Origin: a bacterium
GTDB taxonomy: Bacteria > JAJRZV01
DNA length: 32,440 nt
NCBI GenBank assembly: GCA_024275095.1
Contig: JAJRZV010000033.1
Span: 1 to 32,440, forward strand
Direction of reading: 5' to 3'
Part shown: one piece after another, positions 9,472-19,881 of the stretch
How the letters are laid out: each line of letters starts with the position of its first letter
Position numbering within the stretch: position 1 is the first letter of the stretch
Translations under genes and position numbers: made by a program
The notes under the pieces: generated by a model
What the model was told of the DNA's origin: nothing
Database searches by the model: none
What the model saw: only the letters and a program-made list of their open reading frames with translations

Positions 9472-10635
9472 ATGAAAGGACCGAGCAGGTATTTCGTTAC
9501 GGCTGGTGTCGGGCTTTTGCTGCTTTTAGCAGGTTGCAGTAACAGCGGACATACTACAGCCGGGGAAGGCAAACCTGATGGTACAGGCGTAAGTGGCGAT
9601 TTTTCCACTGAACTTATAGCATCCAAGGGCTCTTTTCCCGCCGTGGCGGTGGATGGCGACGGCAATCCACACGTGTGTTTCTATGACTACACAAGCGGAT
9701 ACGTTATGTACGCCTCACGCACCACCGCTGGCTGGAAACTTACCCAGATAGAACGGGTGGCTGACGATGATGGTTCCATAGGTGACGGCGGCAGGTGCTT
9801 TATCGCCGTAGATTCTTCGGGTGATCCCTACCTGTGTTATTACAGCTTCAGAGACTCGCAGTTTAAACATGCCGCATTGTCCGGATCGACATGGACAATC
9901 AACACCATTGCTTTACCTGTGGATCCCGATAGCTCATCCGGACAGCCCTATACTCCTTCTTATAATTGTTCCATTGCCGTAGACGCGGCAGGTAACGCAC
10001 ACCTGGCAGTTGGCATGTGGGGAACCATGGGTGCGGCGCTGGGTTACTGGAAAACCGGGATGGCGGAAGCCGTGGTTGTGGACTCCTTGTATGGAAACAC
10101 CGGACGGCACAACGCAATTGCCGTCGATGGTGACGGCAATCCCCACATCGTTTATGAAAATGGCCAGAGTCCGAACTTGCATTATGCCTTCTGGAACGGC
10201 AGCAGCTTTGATATCCAGACGATAGGGCCCATGTCTCTCGTTTACTGGGAAACCCGCCTTTCGGCCCTCTACATGGACAGCAACAATCTTCCCCACGCTT
10301 TTTATTACAACGATAAGTTCGTTCATGCATATTCGGACGGCACCACGTGGATCACGGAAAATATCCCTTACTCCTCTTCTTATCCTTCACTTTCCATGGC
10401 TGGCGATCCCACGGATCAGCCCCACGTGGCATTTGTAGCGGCTGACACCGGCAGCCTCACCTGGCTCATACACGGCCAGCGAACTTCCAGCGGATGGGTT
10501 TTCGACAATGTTGAGGATGATGCTTCCGATACGGATGCCTGCTCCATTGCCGTGGACGCGGCAGGAGGAGTTCATATCGTGTATGCCCGGCAGGAATCCA
10601 GCGACACATCCGTCAAGTATGCATATCGTCAGTGA
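9472..10635 (+). CDS. Lipoprotein with 7 beta-propeller-like repeats
   Basis: GGAGG at 9462-9466 then ATG 9472; lipobox LAGC; seven repeats resembling xIAVDxxGxxHxxY. Confidence 0.85.
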   Translation: MKGPSRYFVTAGVGLLLLLAGCSNSGHTTAGEGKPDGTGVSGDFSTELIASKGSFPAVAVDGDGNPHVCFYDYTSGYVMYASRTTAGWKLTQIERVADDDGSIGDGGRCFIAVDSSGDPYLCYYSFRDSQFKHAALSGSTWTINTIALPVDPDSSSGQPYTPSYNCSIAVDAAGNAHLAVGMWGTMGAALGYWKTGMAEAVVVDSLYGNTGRHNAIAVDGDGNPHIVYENGQSPNLHYAFWNGSSFDIQTIGPMSLVYWETRLSALYMDSNNLPHAFYYNDKFVHAYSDGTTWITENIPYSSSYPSLSMAGDPTDQPHVAFVAADTGSLTWLIHGQRTSSGWVFDNVEDDASDTDACSIAVDAAGGVHIVYARQESSDTSVKYAYRQ

Positions 10636-10732
10636 AGCGGCAGGCCTGCCCGTGGACTGGATACCCCATGGGATTGTATAACCCGTTGCAGGACATTACC
10701 TCTATGAGCTTTTGCGGTATCCAGGCGAGTTT

Positions 10733-12632
10733 TCAGGACTTTGCCACGCGTAAACCGTTGGCCACTGCCAGAAGTTCCGAAACTTCGTGAAAGAACACTG
10801 CCATGGCGACACTCATGATCCCCGCAAGAGCTGAAGGGATGAGCACGGCCAGAACCAGCAGGGAAAAAACGATGTTCTGAGCGCTTATTCTGCGGGCTTT
10901 TTTGCCCAGGCTTATGGCAAACGAAACCTTACCGATATCGTCGCCCATGAGTGCAACATCAGCAGCCTCGATGGCGGCATCTGTACCTGCAGTTCCCATG
11001 GCAATGCCTACGGTAGCATGTGCCAGGGCAGGAGCATCGTTGATGCCGTCACCGACCATGGCGACTGCACCGTACTTTTTTCCCAGTTCTTTTACCGCCT
11101 TCACTTTGTCTTCCGGCTTGAGATTGGCTCTCACGTCATCCAGTCCCAATTCTGTCGCAATCGCCCGGGCGGTTATTTCGTTATCTCCTGTGAGCATGAT
11201 TGCCCTGACACCCATCCGGTAGCTCGTTGATAATTTCTTTTGCCTGCGGACGAATTTCATCCCTGATAGCAACGATGCCCTCAATGCCTGCTTCTGTTCC
11301 GATAAGCACAACCGTCTTGCCCTGATTTCTTAAGGTTTCAAGCTGTGGAGTGACCCGGCTGTCAAGTTCTGATTTCCTGAACAGTTCCTCCTTTCCTGCG
11401 TAAATGATTTTGCCCTGGACCTTTGCTTTGGCTCCGTAGCCTGCAATAGCGGCGAAATTTGTCACGTCTAAACTTTCGATCCCTCTCTCTTGTGCTTTTT
11501 TGATAATTGCTTTGGCCAGAGGATGTTCTGAGTACTTCTCTACACTGTAAGCCAGAGTAAGTAGTTCAATTTCATTTCCGTTTAAGGGGATAACGTCCGT
11601 TACCACAGGTATTCCTTTCGTGAGCGTTCCGGTTTTGTCCATTGCTACCACCCTGATCTTTCCCAGATTTTCCAGATGAGTTCCGCCCTTGATAAGGACC
11701 CCGTTCCGTCCCGCCCTTCCGATGCCTGCGGCAATGGCCACCGGGGTGGACATCACCAGAGCGCACGGGGCAGCTGCAACAAGAAGTACAACTGCCCTTG
11801 TGGCCCAGTGGGAGAGGGGTGCACCAGCCAGGAAGGGTACAATTACAAGTAATAAGGAACTCAAAAGAACGAACGGGGAATATTTTTTTCCAAACTTCTC
11901 GATAAACAGCTGTTCCCTGCCTTTTTGTTCCTGTGCCTCTTCGACAAGGTGGATCATTTTTGCAAGGGTGTTGTTGTCAAAGGTGGCGGTCGCTCGAATT
12001 TTCAATACGCCGTCCTGGTTGATTGTTGCAGAGAAAACCTTCATGCCTTCTTTCTTTTCCACGGGTATGGACTCGCCGGTTACCGATGCCTCATTAATGC
12101 TGGAGCGACCTTCAATGATGATGCCGTCCGTCGCGATGGATTCGCCCGGCCTCACAACGAAAACATCCCCCTCCTTCAGTTGTTCCGCGGGGACGGTGAC
12201 CTCTTCGCCGTTTTTCAGAACCCTTGCTTCCTTGGGAGCAAGGTCGAGAAGTTTTCTTATCGAGGCTCTCGTTCTCGCGTAAATGTACTCTTCCAGTCCT
12301 TCTGCCGTACCATAAAGAAACACTAAGAACGCCGCTTCATCCCACATGCCGAGAATAGCTGAACTCACGGTAGCGGCTATCATGAGAATTTCTATGCCGA
12401 TTTCTTTCTCTTCAACAAGCTCTTCAATGCCTTCGCGAGCCCAGTGATAACCGCCCAGCAGGATTGCCGCGACGTAAAGGATAATTCCGGGAAGTTGGGA
12501 GATAATACCCACCCGTGTAAGACCGAAAGTTGTACTGGTCAGTAACCCGGCGATCAGCGCGTTTCTCATTGGAGGATGTGCATACCATTTGCCTTCAAAA
12601 ATTTCTTTTCTTTCGTCCGTGTCCATTTTCAT
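10733..12632 (-). pseudogene. Heavy-metal P1B-type ATPase (P1B-4-like), frameshifted near 11220
   Basis: TGES, APC, DKTGT, SEHP in ORF 11181-12632; TGDN, GDGINDAP and the last TMs in ORF 10733-11311; frames join at GAG CTA C|CGG ATG GGT. Confidence 0.85.
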
Positions 12633-12719
12633 TTCCTCAAAAAATTAATAGCACGGATTTACAAATTGATTTCCGCGTGTGTTGCAGGGTATATGTCTAA
12701 ATTGAATTTGTCCTGAATT

Positions 12720-13202
12720 TTACGCATCCACGTGTACAATCCAGAAGGCGTTTGTTCTTCCGCTGGTCTGAAGCAAAAGTTCATATTTCCCAGGTGAAAG
12801 ATTCCGGGGAATCCGGAACTCCACACTTCTCAGTGTTTCGCCTTTCTGCAGATATCTTTGCATGAGCACAACCTGGTTGCCGGCATTTCGTGGGTTCCTG
12901 ATAACGACACGGATTTCAGCATCAGCTGGTGCGGGTTCGTTGAGGTTCATGCGTATTCTCTGGCCCCGCCGCGTGCGCAGTTCCTTTTTGGTGGCGTAGA
13001 TGCATCCTGTGTGGAAATCGATGATGAGTGCCACCACTCCCGGTACAACTCCTGCCAGCAACCACGCACAATCCATTACCAGTACTTCGGGGTCTATGAT
13101 GCCAGTGCGCCTGCCCAGCCTTTCGGGATAGAGGATGTAGCCACACTGGAGGTGAACGAAACATGCAAGCAGAACCAGAAATAAAAGCCACTTTGCCTTC
13201 AT
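12720..13202 (-). CDS. Hypothetical exported/lipoprotein
   Basis: GGAGG SD; signal peptide then CGYILYPER...D...PGVVALIIDFHTGCIY, resembling a conserved uncharacterised lipoprotein motif; beta-rich C-terminus. Confidence 0.7.
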   Translation of the reverse strand: MKAKWLLFLVLLACFVHLQCGYILYPERLGRRTGIIDPEVLVMDCAWLLAGVVPGVVALIIDFHTGCIYATKKELRTRRGQRIRMNLNEPAPADAEIRVVIRNPRNAGNQVVLMQRYLQKGETLRSVEFRIPRNLSPGKYELLLQTSGRTNAFWIVHVDA

Positions 13203-13251
13203 GCAGGACCTCCTCTTTCAGAAATCTGGAAGTTGAATATAGTCGTTTTTC

Positions 13252-13914
13252 TCAGCCATTTCTACACCGAACCACAAGTTTGCCGGCTTTACGGGTGAAA
13301 CACGCAGTGAAGATGTCGGAAGAGTCGGATCCTTGAGGGGTGTAAAAAGTGATTTCCCGGGGTTTGAATTTGTGCTTTGAAAAGGCTTCAAGCGCATCTG
13401 TGAGCCGCTGCGAAGGAAATACGATCCAGGCGACTCCCGCTGGCTTAAGTGCGTACCGGCATGCGAAGGTTACGTCGTTGATGTTGAGCAGTAGTTCGTG
13501 TTTTGCAGCAGTGCGCTCCAGAGAAGGGGATGGGCGCCCCTTGCCTGCAGGAATGTAAGGCGGGTTGCACACCACCGTATCGAACGTTCCCGGCGCGAAG
13601 AGCTCTTTTATTTTTCTTGCGTCGCCTTACCTGAATTCCACAAGTTCTTCCAGGTCGTTGAGCCGTGCGTTTGCACGCGATATTCTGACCAGCCGGGGAA
13701 ATATTTCAACACCTGTAACGCGGCACCTGTGCTGCAGAGCGAGGTAGAGAGCAATAAATCCCGTACCGCTTCCTATCTCAAGCACCCTGCTTCTTTCCCG
13801 GACCCTTACAGCCCGTGCCAGAAGAAGGGAATCCCTGCCGGGCTTGAATGGCAGCCCCGGCTCCTGAAGGAGCCGGACGTTGTCTATGGTAAAGTATCCG
13901 GCGATAGTCTTCAG
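13252..13914 (-). pseudogene. tRNA1(Val) m6A37 methyltransferase (TrmN6/YfiC)-like gene with an in-frame TAA at 13629-13627
   Basis: Manual translation: ...DSLLLARAV...VLEIGSGTG...VTGVEI...VEFR*GDARK...FDTVVCNPPY...AKHE; all one frame; start uncertain (CTG at 13914 overlapping the upstream TGA). Confidence 0.85.
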
Positions 13915-14375
13915 GCTTTTTCGATTTCTTTTTTCAGATTTTCGAGATACCCTCCCATGACCTTGGAGATGGCCTTTTCAACATACGGCCTGGCCATCTT
14001 TTTTGCAAAGCGCGGGATGGGCAGGTGAGCGACGGTTCTCACCTTGAGGGTGATTTGCGTACCCTTTCCTTTCTTCTTGAGACAGAACTCGCCTTCGACA
14101 TCGGTGTTGCCTTTTCCGGGCACGGAGCGCCAGGCCACGCGCTTGCCTTCTTCCAGTTCAAAGTCGGTTTCGTATTCCGCTGCAATTTCTATACCCATGG
14201 CCCCGGTGGGCTTGAATTTCCAGTGGTAGCGGTTTTCACCGGTTTTCTTGAAACTCTGAAGTTGAGGCACCATTTTCTTTACTTTGCTGAAATCTGCAAG
14301 CACCTTATATACATCCTTTGGGGACTTGTCCACTGTGGTTTTTTCTTCAAATTTCACTTCTACGTCTGCCGCCAT
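13911..14375 (-). CDS. SRPBCC/CoxG-like START-superfamily protein
   Basis: AGGAGG then ATG 14375 (MAADVEV); PKDVYKVLADF...P pattern, beta strands and a C-terminal helix. Confidence 0.85.
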   Translation of the reverse strand: MAADVEVKFEEKTTVDKSPKDVYKVLADFSKVKKMVPQLQSFKKTGENRYHWKFKPTGAMGIEIAAEYETDFELEEGKRVAWRSVPGKGNTDVEGEFCLKKKGKGTQITLKVRTVAHLPIPRFAKKMARPYVEKAISKVMGGYLENLKKEIEKA

Positions 14376-14511
14376 GTCCGCCTCCTTTTTTGGCTGTAAT
14401 TTTAACTGACCGTGAAACAGGATAGAAGAAAAGATGATACAAAGAGTGTTCGGCACGTTGAAGTCGTTTCTCGGTTTTTAAGTAAACTCTATACCCGGGA
14501 ACCGGCAGACG

Positions 14512-14540
14512 TTGAAGCCTGGGGGACCTTTCAATATAAT
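14512..14540 (+). promoter_or_regulatory. Sigma70-type promoter of ilvE
   Basis: TTGAAG-17 nt-TATAAT, 28 nt upstream of the ATG. Confidence 0.7.
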
Positions 14541-14568
14541 AAGTTCATTTCCTGTCAGGATAGAGTGA

Positions 14569-15513
14569 ATGGAGAAGGTTGAGAAAATCTGGTTTGATGG
14601 CGAATTCATTTCCTGGGATGATGCACAGGTCCACGTGCTCACACACACTCTTCACTACGGCCTCGGCGTGTTCGAGGGGATACGCTGTTACCGCTGCGAT
14701 TCCGGGCGAACGGCTGTGTTCCGCCTGCGTGAGCACGTAGAGCGACTCTTCAATTCAGCCAAAGTCGTGGATCTGAAAATTCCTTATTCGCTGGGAGAAA
14801 TAGAGGATGCCATACTGGAGACCATCAAGGTTAATGGACTGGAGGAAGGCTATATCCGTCCGCTGGTGTTTATCGGTGACGGAGCGATGGGGCTTTACGG
14901 TTATGAAAACCCTGTTCACACGGTTATCGCCGTGTGGCCCTGGGGTGCGTATCTTGGTGAGGAAGGCCTTGAAAAAGGCATCCGTGTAAAAATTTCTTCT
15001 TATACCCGCCACCATGTAAACACAGCCATGACAAAGGCGAAAGTCTGCGGCTACTATGTGAATTCCATTCTGGCCAAGAAGGAGGCCAAGGACCACGGCT
15101 ACGACGAAGCCCTTTTGCTGGATACGGAAGGTTATGTGGCAGAAGGTAGCGGAGAAAACATTTTTATTGTCCGGCACGGTGAGCTGAAAACGCCGCCTCT
15201 CACATCCATTCTGGAAGGCATTACCCGCGATACGGTTATACGCATCGCGCGACATCTCCAGATACCGGTGCGCGAGGAGCGATTCACGCGCGATGAACTG
15301 TACATGGCCGATGAGGCATTTCTCACCGGCACGGCTGCTGAAATTACACCCATAAGGGAGGTTGACGGTAAGGTCATTGGAGAAGGACGAAGGGGAGAGG
15401 TTACCGCTTTGATTCAGAGGGAGTTTTTCGATATCGTGAAGGGCCGCAAGCCTCTGTTCGAAGAGTGGCTCACCTACGTGGGGGAGGTCCGCTGTGAAAC
15501 AGGTAGTGGTTAA
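14569..15513 (+). CDS. ilvE: Branched-chain amino acid aminotransferase
   Basis: [19 protein letters not shown] (PLP Lys), [20 protein letters not shown]. Confidence 0.97.
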   Translation: MEKVEKIWFDGEFISWDDAQVHVLTHTLHYGLGVFEGIRCYRCDSGRTAVFRLREHVERLFNSAKVVDLKIPYSLGEIEDAILETIKVNGLEEGYIRPLVFIGDGAMGLYGYENPVHTVIAVWPWGAYLGEEGLEKGIRVKISSYTRHHVNTAMTKAKVCGYYVNSILAKKEAKDHGYDEALLLDTEGYVAEGSGENIFIVRHGELKTPPLTSILEGITRDTVIRIARHLQIPVREERFTRDELYMADEAFLTGTAAEITPIREVDGKVIGEGRRGEVTALIQREFFDIVKGRKPLFEEWLTYVGEVRCETGSG

Positions 15514-17653
15514 GGGCGGATCTGTTACGGTAGAGGAGTACCCGCCTCCCCGTCCCGGTCCTGGAGAGGTGCTCGTACGCAACGCCTATTCGGTTATATC
15601 CACGGGAACAGAGCGAACAGCGGTAAAGGCTTCTTCCGGCAGTCCGGCTGTAAGAGCTCTTAAAAACCGGGAGCTGATCCAGAAGTTCATTACAAAGGTG
15701 CGTACCGAGGGAATAAAACCTGCTGTGCGCAAGGCCATGGAAAAACTCTCTCCCTCAGCTCCCCCTGTAACCCTGGGATACAGTTGCGCAGGAGAGGTGG
15801 TGGCTGTGGGAGATGATGTGATGGACATCACACCCGGTATGCGCGTGGCTGCTGCCGGAGTGGGTTACGCCTCGCATGCGGAATACGTACGTGTACCACG
15901 CAACCTGGTGGCGCGTGTTCCCGAAGGAGTGGATTTGAAGGAGGCAGCTTTCACCACAATCGGTGCCATTGCCATGCACGGGCTGAGGCGTGCAGGTGTG
16001 ACTCCCGGTGAGACAGTGGTTATTTACGGACTGGGTCTTCTCGGGCTGCTGGCACTGCAGATGGCGAAAGCCTGGGGCCTGAAAACAGTGGGTGTGGATA
16101 TTGCTGATGAGAAACTGAAAATTGCCGTGGAGCTCGGGTGTGACCTTGTGCTCAAGCCGGATGGTGACATGGAGCAGCGCGTGAAAGCCTTTACAGGCGG
16201 TTTCGGTGCGGATGCATCAGTGGTATATGCTTCCACCACTTCCAATGAGCCGGTAAATCGTTCCATGGGCATGCTGCGGCACAAGGGCCGGGTTGTCGTG
16301 GTGGGTGATGTGGGACTGGCCCTTTCCAGGGCTCTCATGTATCCACAGGAAATTGACGTGTTTATCGCCACATCGTACGGCCCTGGCCGTTACGATCCGC
16401 TTTACGAGGAGGGCGGCATCGATTATCCCATCGGTTACGTGCGCTGGACGGAAAACCGCAACATGGAGCATTTCCTGTATATGCTGAGCGCAGGCCAGGT
16501 AAAGGTGGAGCCCCTCATAACGGGTGTGTATCCGGTGGATGATGCGCCTCGTGCCTTTGAAGAGGTGAAGTCAGGTAGACACATCGGTGTGCTTTTCCAG
16601 TACACCCCACCGGAGGAGGTATCCCTGCCTGTGATGACGCGTTCGCAGCAGGTACCGAAAAATGGCAGGATTACATTAGCCTTTGTTGGCCCCGGTGCTT
16701 TTGCAAAGGCTGTTCACCTTCCCAACTTGAAAAAGATGGGAAGGGAGTTTTACCTGAAGTATCTGGTGGGCCGTAATCCTGTAAAGACGGCAGAGGTTGC
16801 AGATAAGTTCGGCTTTGAAAAAGCATGTACGGACCTCCAACCAGTGCTGGAAGACGATTCGGTTGATCTGGTGATCCTGTCCACACCCCATTCCCAGCAT
16901 GCAGAACAGGTGGTAAAGTCACTCATGGCAGGCAAGGCTGTATTTGTGGAAAAGCCCCTGTGCGTCACGTTCGAGGAACTGGAAGAAATTCGGAATGTTC
17001 TTGCAGAAACCGGCGGACGCATCGCTGTAGGATTCAACCGCCGGTATTCTCCCTTTGCCCGTTCGCTGAAGCAGCTTATGGAACACACAGGAGAGCCCGG
17101 GCACGTGCTTTACCGCGTAAATGCCGGGTATCTTCCCCCTGACCACTGGGTTCATAAAAAAGAAGAAGGCGGGCGCCTCATAGGTGAGGGCTGCCATTTC
17201 ATCAATTTCTTCATTTTTCTTACGGGATCCGAGCCGCTGAAGATAAACGCACAGGCTATCCCACCTGATGGTGCGCGGTACGTGGAACCTGATTCCTTTA
17301 CTGTGTCAATGCTTATGAAGGATGGAAGTCAGTGCACTCTTGTGTACACAGCAAGGGGACACACGACCCTTGCCAAGGAATACGTAGAAGTTCACACGGG
17401 CGGTGTCTCTGCTGTGATGGACAATTTCGTGGCACTTAAGGTTTACGGGAGTCAGAAAGACCTTCCTTCCGGGGTGTCCAGCATGCGCCTCAGTGAGCAG
17501 AACAAGGGTCTTGTAGAAGAGTTGCAGGAACTGGTGCGTTTCCTGCGGGGTGAGGAAAACACACTGATTTCGAATGAAGAATGCATTGTTTCCACAGAAG
17601 CAACCCTCATTGCTCACAGACGGCTGAGAGGTAACGAAGAAGAAAAAGGGTAA
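15494..17653 (+). CDS. Bi-domain oxidoreductase (MDR/Zn-dehydrogenase-like fused to Gfo/Idh/MocA)
   Basis: [50 protein letters not shown], then GPGAFA, VEKP, GFNRR, GEGCHF. Confidence 0.92.
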   Translation: MKQVVVKGGSVTVEEYPPPRPGPGEVLVRNAYSVISTGTERTAVKASSGSPAVRALKNRELIQKFITKVRTEGIKPAVRKAMEKLSPSAPPVTLGYSCAGEVVAVGDDVMDITPGMRVAAAGVGYASHAEYVRVPRNLVARVPEGVDLKEAAFTTIGAIAMHGLRRAGVTPGETVVIYGLGLLGLLALQMAKAWGLKTVGVDIADEKLKIAVELGCDLVLKPDGDMEQRVKAFTGGFGADASVVYASTTSNEPVNRSMGMLRHKGRVVVVGDVGLALSRALMYPQEIDVFIATSYGPGRYDPLYEEGGIDYPIGYVRWTENRNMEHFLYMLSAGQVKVEPLITGVYPVDDAPRAFEEVKSGRHIGVLFQYTPPEEVSLPVMTRSQQVPKNGRITLAFVGPGAFAKAVHLPNLKKMGREFYLKYLVGRNPVKTAEVADKFGFEKACTDLQPVLEDDSVDLVILSTPHSQHAEQVVKSLMAGKAVFVEKPLCVTFEELEEIRNVLAETGGRIAVGFNRRYSPFARSLKQLMEHTGEPGHVLYRVNAGYLPPDHWVHKKEEGGRLIGEGCHFINFFIFLTGSEPLKINAQAIPPDGARYVEPDSFTVSMLMKDGSQCTLVYTARGHTTLAKEYVEVHTGGVSAVMDNFVALKVYGSQKDLPSGVSSMRLSEQNKGLVEELQELVRFLRGEENTLISNEECIVSTEATLIAHRRLRGNEEEKG

Positions 17654-17656
17654 AAT

Positions 17657-18694
17657 TTAAATTTTCAAAGGTATTCTGGGCAATCCCTCCTCTTCAGGCA
17701 GAGCAAACATGAGATTCATATTCTGCACGGCCTGACCTGCTGCACCCTTGCCCAGGTTGTCTATCGCTACGGATATACAGACAAGGGTTTCTTCCTGATG
17801 TGTGTATAGCTGGAGTACTGCATTGTTGGTGCCCCGTACCATGGATGTTTCCGGTCGTTTCCCCGGCGGAAGAAGTTTCACAAACGGTTCTGCACAGTAA
17901 AAGTCAGCATAGAGGGAGCGCAGGTCTTCCGCTGAAATATCTTTTTCGAGGCGTGCGTACACCATTCCCAGAATGCCCCGCGAGGCTGGCATAACCTGAG
18001 GCGCAAAAAACACCCGGAGTGAGTGACCCAGTAGACGTTCTCCCTGGTGTTCCATTTCTGGCTCGTGGCGATGTGAAAACACGCTGTAGGGCCAGGAGTT
18101 TTCCTGAAGTTCGGCGAAAAGATACGTTTCTTCGGTCTTTTTGCCGGCTCCGGATATGCCTGATTTGGCGTCGTAGATGAAAGAAGTGCACAATCCTTCT
18201 CTGACCAGTGGTGCGCATGCAAGCAAAAATGCAGTGGGATAGCATCCCGGATTGGCTACGATGGAGGCATTGCGGATGGTATCACGATTAAGCTCCGGTA
18301 GACCGTAAGCCGCTTCCTGACATTTTTCAGGGACGGGATGCTCCTTTCCGTAAACGCGCTGGTAAAGTGCGGAGTCGTGGAATCGAAAATCTGCAGAAAG
18401 GTCGATCACTTTTATATCTGAATTGCGTGCGAGCACAGACGCAATGAACGGAGCTGAGGATCCGTGCGGGAGACAGGAGAAAAGCACGTCGGCATTTTCG
18501 ACAACGGAGGAGTCGGAAGCTTCCAGAACGAGATCCAGGTGGTCTGGCACGGCGATTCCTGCTTCGTTTAAGCGTTTTCCCGCCTGGGAAGAAGATATGC
18601 AGCTTTCCACGTGTACGTGTGGGTGCTGTGAGAGATAACGCAGCAGTTCCTGACCGGTATAACCGGTCACACCCGCAATGACGGTTTTGATCAT
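17657..18694 (-). CDS. argC: N-acetyl-gamma-glutamyl-phosphate reductase
   Basis: GVTGYTG, DLSADFR, YGLPE, ANPGCYPT, SGISGAG, IDNLGKGAAGQAVQNMN. Confidence 0.97.
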   Translation of the reverse strand: MIKTVIAGVTGYTGQELLRYLSQHPHVHVESCISSSQAGKRLNEAGIAVPDHLDLVLEASDSSVVENADVLFSCLPHGSSAPFIASVLARNSDIKVIDLSADFRFHDSALYQRVYGKEHPVPEKCQEAAYGLPELNRDTIRNASIVANPGCYPTAFLLACAPLVREGLCTSFIYDAKSGISGAGKKTEETYLFAELQENSWPYSVFSHRHEPEMEHQGERLLGHSLRVFFAPQVMPASRGILGMVYARLEKDISAEDLRSLYADFYCAEPFVKLLPPGKRPETSMVRGTNNAVLQLYTHQEETLVCISVAIDNLGKGAAGQAVQNMNLMFALPEEEGLPRIPLKI

Positions 18695-18701
18695 GGATAT
18701 A

Positions 18702-19112
18702 TCAGCGCTTGTGGTACTGGTATTGTTTTCTGCGACCCGGCTGGCCGTACTTTTTGCGTTCTTTTTCGCGTGGGTCTCTTGTGAGAAGCCCGGCCTGGCT
18801 GAGTGCGGATTTCAGCGTGGGGTCATATTCCAGTAGCGCGCGGGCGATTCCCAGTTTTACAGCATCGGCATGAGCTGATTTGCCTCCGCCGGTGACCTTT
18901 GCAATGACATCGAATTTACCAAGAGTTCCGGTTGCTTCAAAGGGGCGCTGAAGCAGAAGCACATGGCGTTTGGAGGGAAAATATTTATCTGCAGTAACGC
19001 CGTTCACTGTGATTTTTCCTGTTCCTGGTTGAACCACCCATACTCGCGCAGATGATGTTTTTCTCCGTCCGGTTCCGTAGAAAGCTCTTTCTGCTCTGCT
19101 GAGTAAGCCCAT
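18702..19112 (-). CDS. rpsI: 30S ribosomal protein S9
   Basis: GTGRRKTSSARV, GGG, LTRDPREKERKKYG...KR. Confidence 0.98.
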   Translation of the reverse strand: MGLLSRAERAFYGTGRRKTSSARVWVVQPGTGKITVNGVTADKYFPSKRHVLLLQRPFEATGTLGKFDVIAKVTGGGKSAHADAVKLGIARALLEYDPTLKSALSQAGLLTRDPREKERKKYGQPGRRKQYQYHKR

Positions 19113-19121
19113 TTTTACTCC

Positions 19122-19562
19122 TTAGACATTGAGAACTTCGGGTTTTTGTGCCTGATGAGGATGCTCAGGCCCTGCATATATTTTGAGTCGTTTCAACATG
19201 CGCTTCCTCAGCCTGTTTTTGGGTAGCATTCCTGAAACTGCATGACGGATGAGTTCTTCCGGCTTTGTCTTGAGGAGTTCTCCCGCTGTTTTTACTTTCA
19301 TTCCACCAATATAACCTGAATAGCGATAATATTTCTTCTGTAAAAGCTTTTTCCCGGTCAGTTTTACTTTTCTTGCATTGGTGACGATTACAAAGTCGCC
19401 CGTAAGCAGGTGCGGTGCATAAGTGGGTTTGTGTTTCCCCATGAGTACCAGAGCAATGCGTGAAGCAAGACGTCCCAGGGTTTTCCCCTCTGCATCTACA
19501 ACGAACCAGCGTGGGACAAGATTCTCTTTTTTCGGCGTATATGTGCGCGCAAGGTTTTTCAT
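19122..19562 (-). CDS. rplM: 50S ribosomal protein L13
   Basis: [36 protein letters not shown]; start taken at ATG 19562 (MKNLARTY). Confidence 0.98.
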   Translation of the reverse strand: MKNLARTYTPKKENLVPRWFVVDAEGKTLGRLASRIALVLMGKHKPTYAPHLLTGDFVIVTNARKVKLTGKKLLQKKYYRYSGYIGGMKVKTAGELLKTKPEELIRHAVSGMLPKNRLRKRMLKRLKIYAGPEHPHQAQKPEVLNV

Positions 19563-19571
19563 CGTCGAGGC

Positions 19572-19601
19572 ATTTTGACTGAAAAAAGGGGGATTTGTCA
19601 A
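19572..19601 (-). promoter_or_regulatory. Putative sigma70 promoter of rplM-rpsI-argC
   Basis: TTGACA-18 nt-CAAAAT ending 9 nt before the ATG. Confidence 0.55.
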
Positions 19602-19611
19602 GGAAGAGACT

Positions 19612-19809
19612 TTACTCTTTTTCCACTTTAAATGTGTTTTCTCCCGGGACAAACAAAATAATATATTTTTGACCGTCTGTTCCCCGGAAAGATGTGCGCA
19701 GGTCGGTGTTGGTTTTCGCTTCTTGGAGCAAAAATTTCAGGTATTCTATATCCTTCTCTCGAAGTTTCTTCAGCTCTTCGATACCCTGCTGGTCACCCGT
19801 GAGTTTCAC
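19612..19809 (-). CDS. Small hypothetical protein (65 aa)
   Basis: GGGAGG SD before GTG; charged, protein-like composition; fills the gap co-directionally. Confidence 0.75.
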   Translation of the reverse strand: MKLTGDQQGIEELKKLREKDIEYLKFLLQEAKTNTDLRTSFRGTDGQKYIILFVPGENTFKVEKE

Positions 19810-19881
19810 AGCCGCCTCCCTCGACTTTATGTGATTTTACACGAAAGAGAGTGAAAGGCCATACATAATTTAAAAGCGTTC

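Noticed and set aside
17651-19124. Genome-wide reassignment of TAA to an amino acid
   Set aside because: TAA ends conserved genes at their expected C-termini; reading it through would fuse L13 in frame to S9 (TAA GGA GTA AAA ATG) and run the oxidoreductase into antisense argC
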